Shown in pieces: positions 13,779-14,890 of a DNA stretch of 14,890 nt. Within the stretch, counting starts at the first letter, position 1. The number at the start of each line of letters is the position of its first letter. The notes under the pieces are model-generated. The model was not told the DNA's origin. It ran no database searches and was given only the letters and a program-made list of their open reading frames with translations. Source of the stretch: Candidatus Hermodarchaeota archaeon. Its GTDB lineage: Archaea; Asgardarchaeota; Hermodarchaeia; Hermodarchaeales; Hermodarchaeaceae. The position numbers and the translations under genes were made by a program. The DNA lies in contig JAEOTB010000004.1 of NCBI GenBank assembly GCA_016840065.1, forward strand, positions 1 through 14,890, read 5' to 3'.

Positions 13779-14890
13779 GGTTTCTCTCTCCTGTATCTTT
13801 CGTTCAGTTCCTGCATTCGCATTCTTTCTAAGGGGCGTCCACTTGTGTCCTCGAGTTGAACCATTCGGTCTGTGCAGCACATGCAGGGGTCGATTGAAGC
13901 CACTGTGATTGGGGCATCACCTAGGGCTTGTCCACGTAACATGAATAGAGTCGCGTAGTTGTTCATGTAGGAGGGTGTCCTCATCCTTACGCGAGATGGC
14001 TGGTTCGTGCCGTCTGAAACTACATAGTACATGAGTTCGCCTCTGGGAGCTTCAACTCGTCCGAGGGCTTCTCCTGGTGGAAGCTCTTTGACTTCTGCTT
14101 TGATTGGTCCACCCGTGGTTTTCAGTTTGTCAACACAATACTGGCTGATTTTCACAGATTCGATTAACTCACCAAGTCGTACTACTGCTTGGGAGAAGAT
14201 GTCGCCATCTTTTGCGGTGATGACTTCAAATGGGGCTTCATCATAGGCAGCATAAGGGTCATCGCGACGAACATCGATGTCTATCCCTGCAGCTCTTGCC
14301 AAAGGACCTACAACACAGATCTTTCTGGCGATTTCTGGGTCTAGGACTCCGATTCCTTCTGTTCGAGCCCGTATACCTGAATCTTCAAGGACTGCTTTTG
14401 TGGCGGTAACTGTCGCCTTGGCGAGGATTTTCAGCTTAGCCTCAATCTTTGGTATCATATCCTTTGTGACATCCCTTCTTACGCCACCAATGGTATTCAT
14501 TCCATAATGCTGACGATTCCCGGATATCATTTCGAGAAGGTCTAGGACGTGTTCTCGGTCTCGCCATAGGAGCATGAAAAGGGTGCGAAAACCGATGATC
14601 TCCATGCCTACTCCTGCCCAAAGCAGATGACTGTGAATCCGTTCAAATTCTGCGATGAGTGTACGGATGTATCGTGCTCGGTCGGGAAGCTCGATTTCAC
14701 CCAGCATTTCAGTGGTTGTTGTGAAGGCGGTAGGGTGGTGGTGACTGCAGATTCCACATATCCTTTCGACGAGGTAGATATCCTGCCAGTAGGTACGACT
14801 CTCAGCGAGCTTCATAATACCTCGGTAGTTGTAACCCAGCTTAACATCAGCCTCAAGGACGCGCTCACCATCAACTTTGAGTTTGAAGAA
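13775..14890 (-). CDS. Group 4 [NiFe]-hydrogenase large (catalytic) subunit, MbhL/HycE-like; 5' end truncated by the window
   Basis: The frame stays open to the window edge: FFKLKVDGERVLEADVKLGYNYRG precedes I-MKLAE. It has L1 ERICGICSHHH, IRT..AE.ERIHSHL, GNR..Y....IGGVRRD, EAPRGE..YY, and L2 SIDPCMCCTDR followed by a 29-aa C-terminal extension. Confidence 0.95.
   Translation of the reverse strand, partial: FFKLKVDGERVLEADVKLGYNYRGIMKLAESRTYWQDIYLVERICGICSHHHPTAFTTTTEMLGEIELPDRARYIRTLIAEFERIHSHLLWAGVGMEIIGFRTLFMLLWRDREHVLDLLEMISGNRQHYGMNTIGGVRRDVTKDMIPKIEAKLKILAKATVTATKAVLEDSGIRARTEGIGVLDPEIARKICVVGPLARAAGIDIDVRRDDPYAAYDEAPFEVITAKDGDIFSQAVVRLGELIESVKISQYCVDKLKTTGGPIKAEVKELPPGEALGRVEAPRGELMYYVVSDGTNQPSRVRMRTPSYMNNYATLFMLRGQALGDAPITVASIDPCMCCTDRMVQLEDTSGRPLERMRMQELNERYRREKP

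Noticed and set aside
13779-13880. N-terminal extension of the antiporter-like ORF as given in the track
   Set aside because: It overlaps the large-subunit L2 motif and tail. The ATGA coupling at 13775-13778 gives a better start.
8932-14507. Small alternative ORFs opposite the 69-aa gene and within the hydrogenase operon (for example 8932..9132, 10019..10417, 10957..11244 and 12889..13431)
   Set aside because: They overlap better-supported genes and have the low-complexity R/S/P-rich or acidic composition typical of off-frame membrane-protein sequence.
9249-14890. Interpretation as complex I (nuo/fpo), Mbs/Mbx or an Ehr complex
   Set aside because: The large subunit retains both NiFe-binding CxxC motifs (CGIC and CMCC) and a cleavable tail, so it is a true hydrogenase.
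1-14890. tRNA/rRNA genes, CRISPR arrays, transposases, frameshift or selenocysteine recoding
   Set aside because: Intergenic gaps are short (at most about 210 nt) with no cloverleaf or repeat-spacer pattern that I could see. All recognised genes are intact, with Cys codons at the metal-ligand positions.

Overview
This window looks like archaeal chromosomal DNA. The evidence is GGTGA/GAGGT Shine-Dalgarno motifs, TTTATA/TTTTTA-type TATA boxes, a DUF99 gene and an Mbh-like hydrogenase; an Asgard- or Bathyarchaeia-like anaerobe is my inference only. From left to right it contains: the 3' end of a probable FMN-binding glutamate-synthase-family gene with a hairpin/pyrimidine terminator; two tandem luciferase-like (LLM, probably F420-dependent) oxidoreductase paralogs; an isolated, apparently more AT-rich hypothetical gene with putative OB-like and metal-binding motifs; glutamate dehydrogenase; a DUF99 nuclease-like gene; a nitrate/sulfonate/bicarbonate-type ABC transporter whose ATPase gene sits on the opposite strand; Maf; an Lrp/AsnC regulator divergent from a 69-aa orphan; and the distal six genes of a translationally coupled group 4 energy-converting [NiFe]-hydrogenase operon that runs off the right edge. 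The most unusual signal is in the hydrogenase small subunit, whose CNCC motif fits both the hydrogenase CxxC and the complex I NuoB tandem-CC patterns. Its large subunit has an analogous extra Cys (DPCMCC), and an MbhL-like catalytic subunit is paired with a Hyc/Hyf-like membrane arm. I saw no RNA genes, CRISPR arrays or transposases. All family calls come from motif recognition, not database searches.
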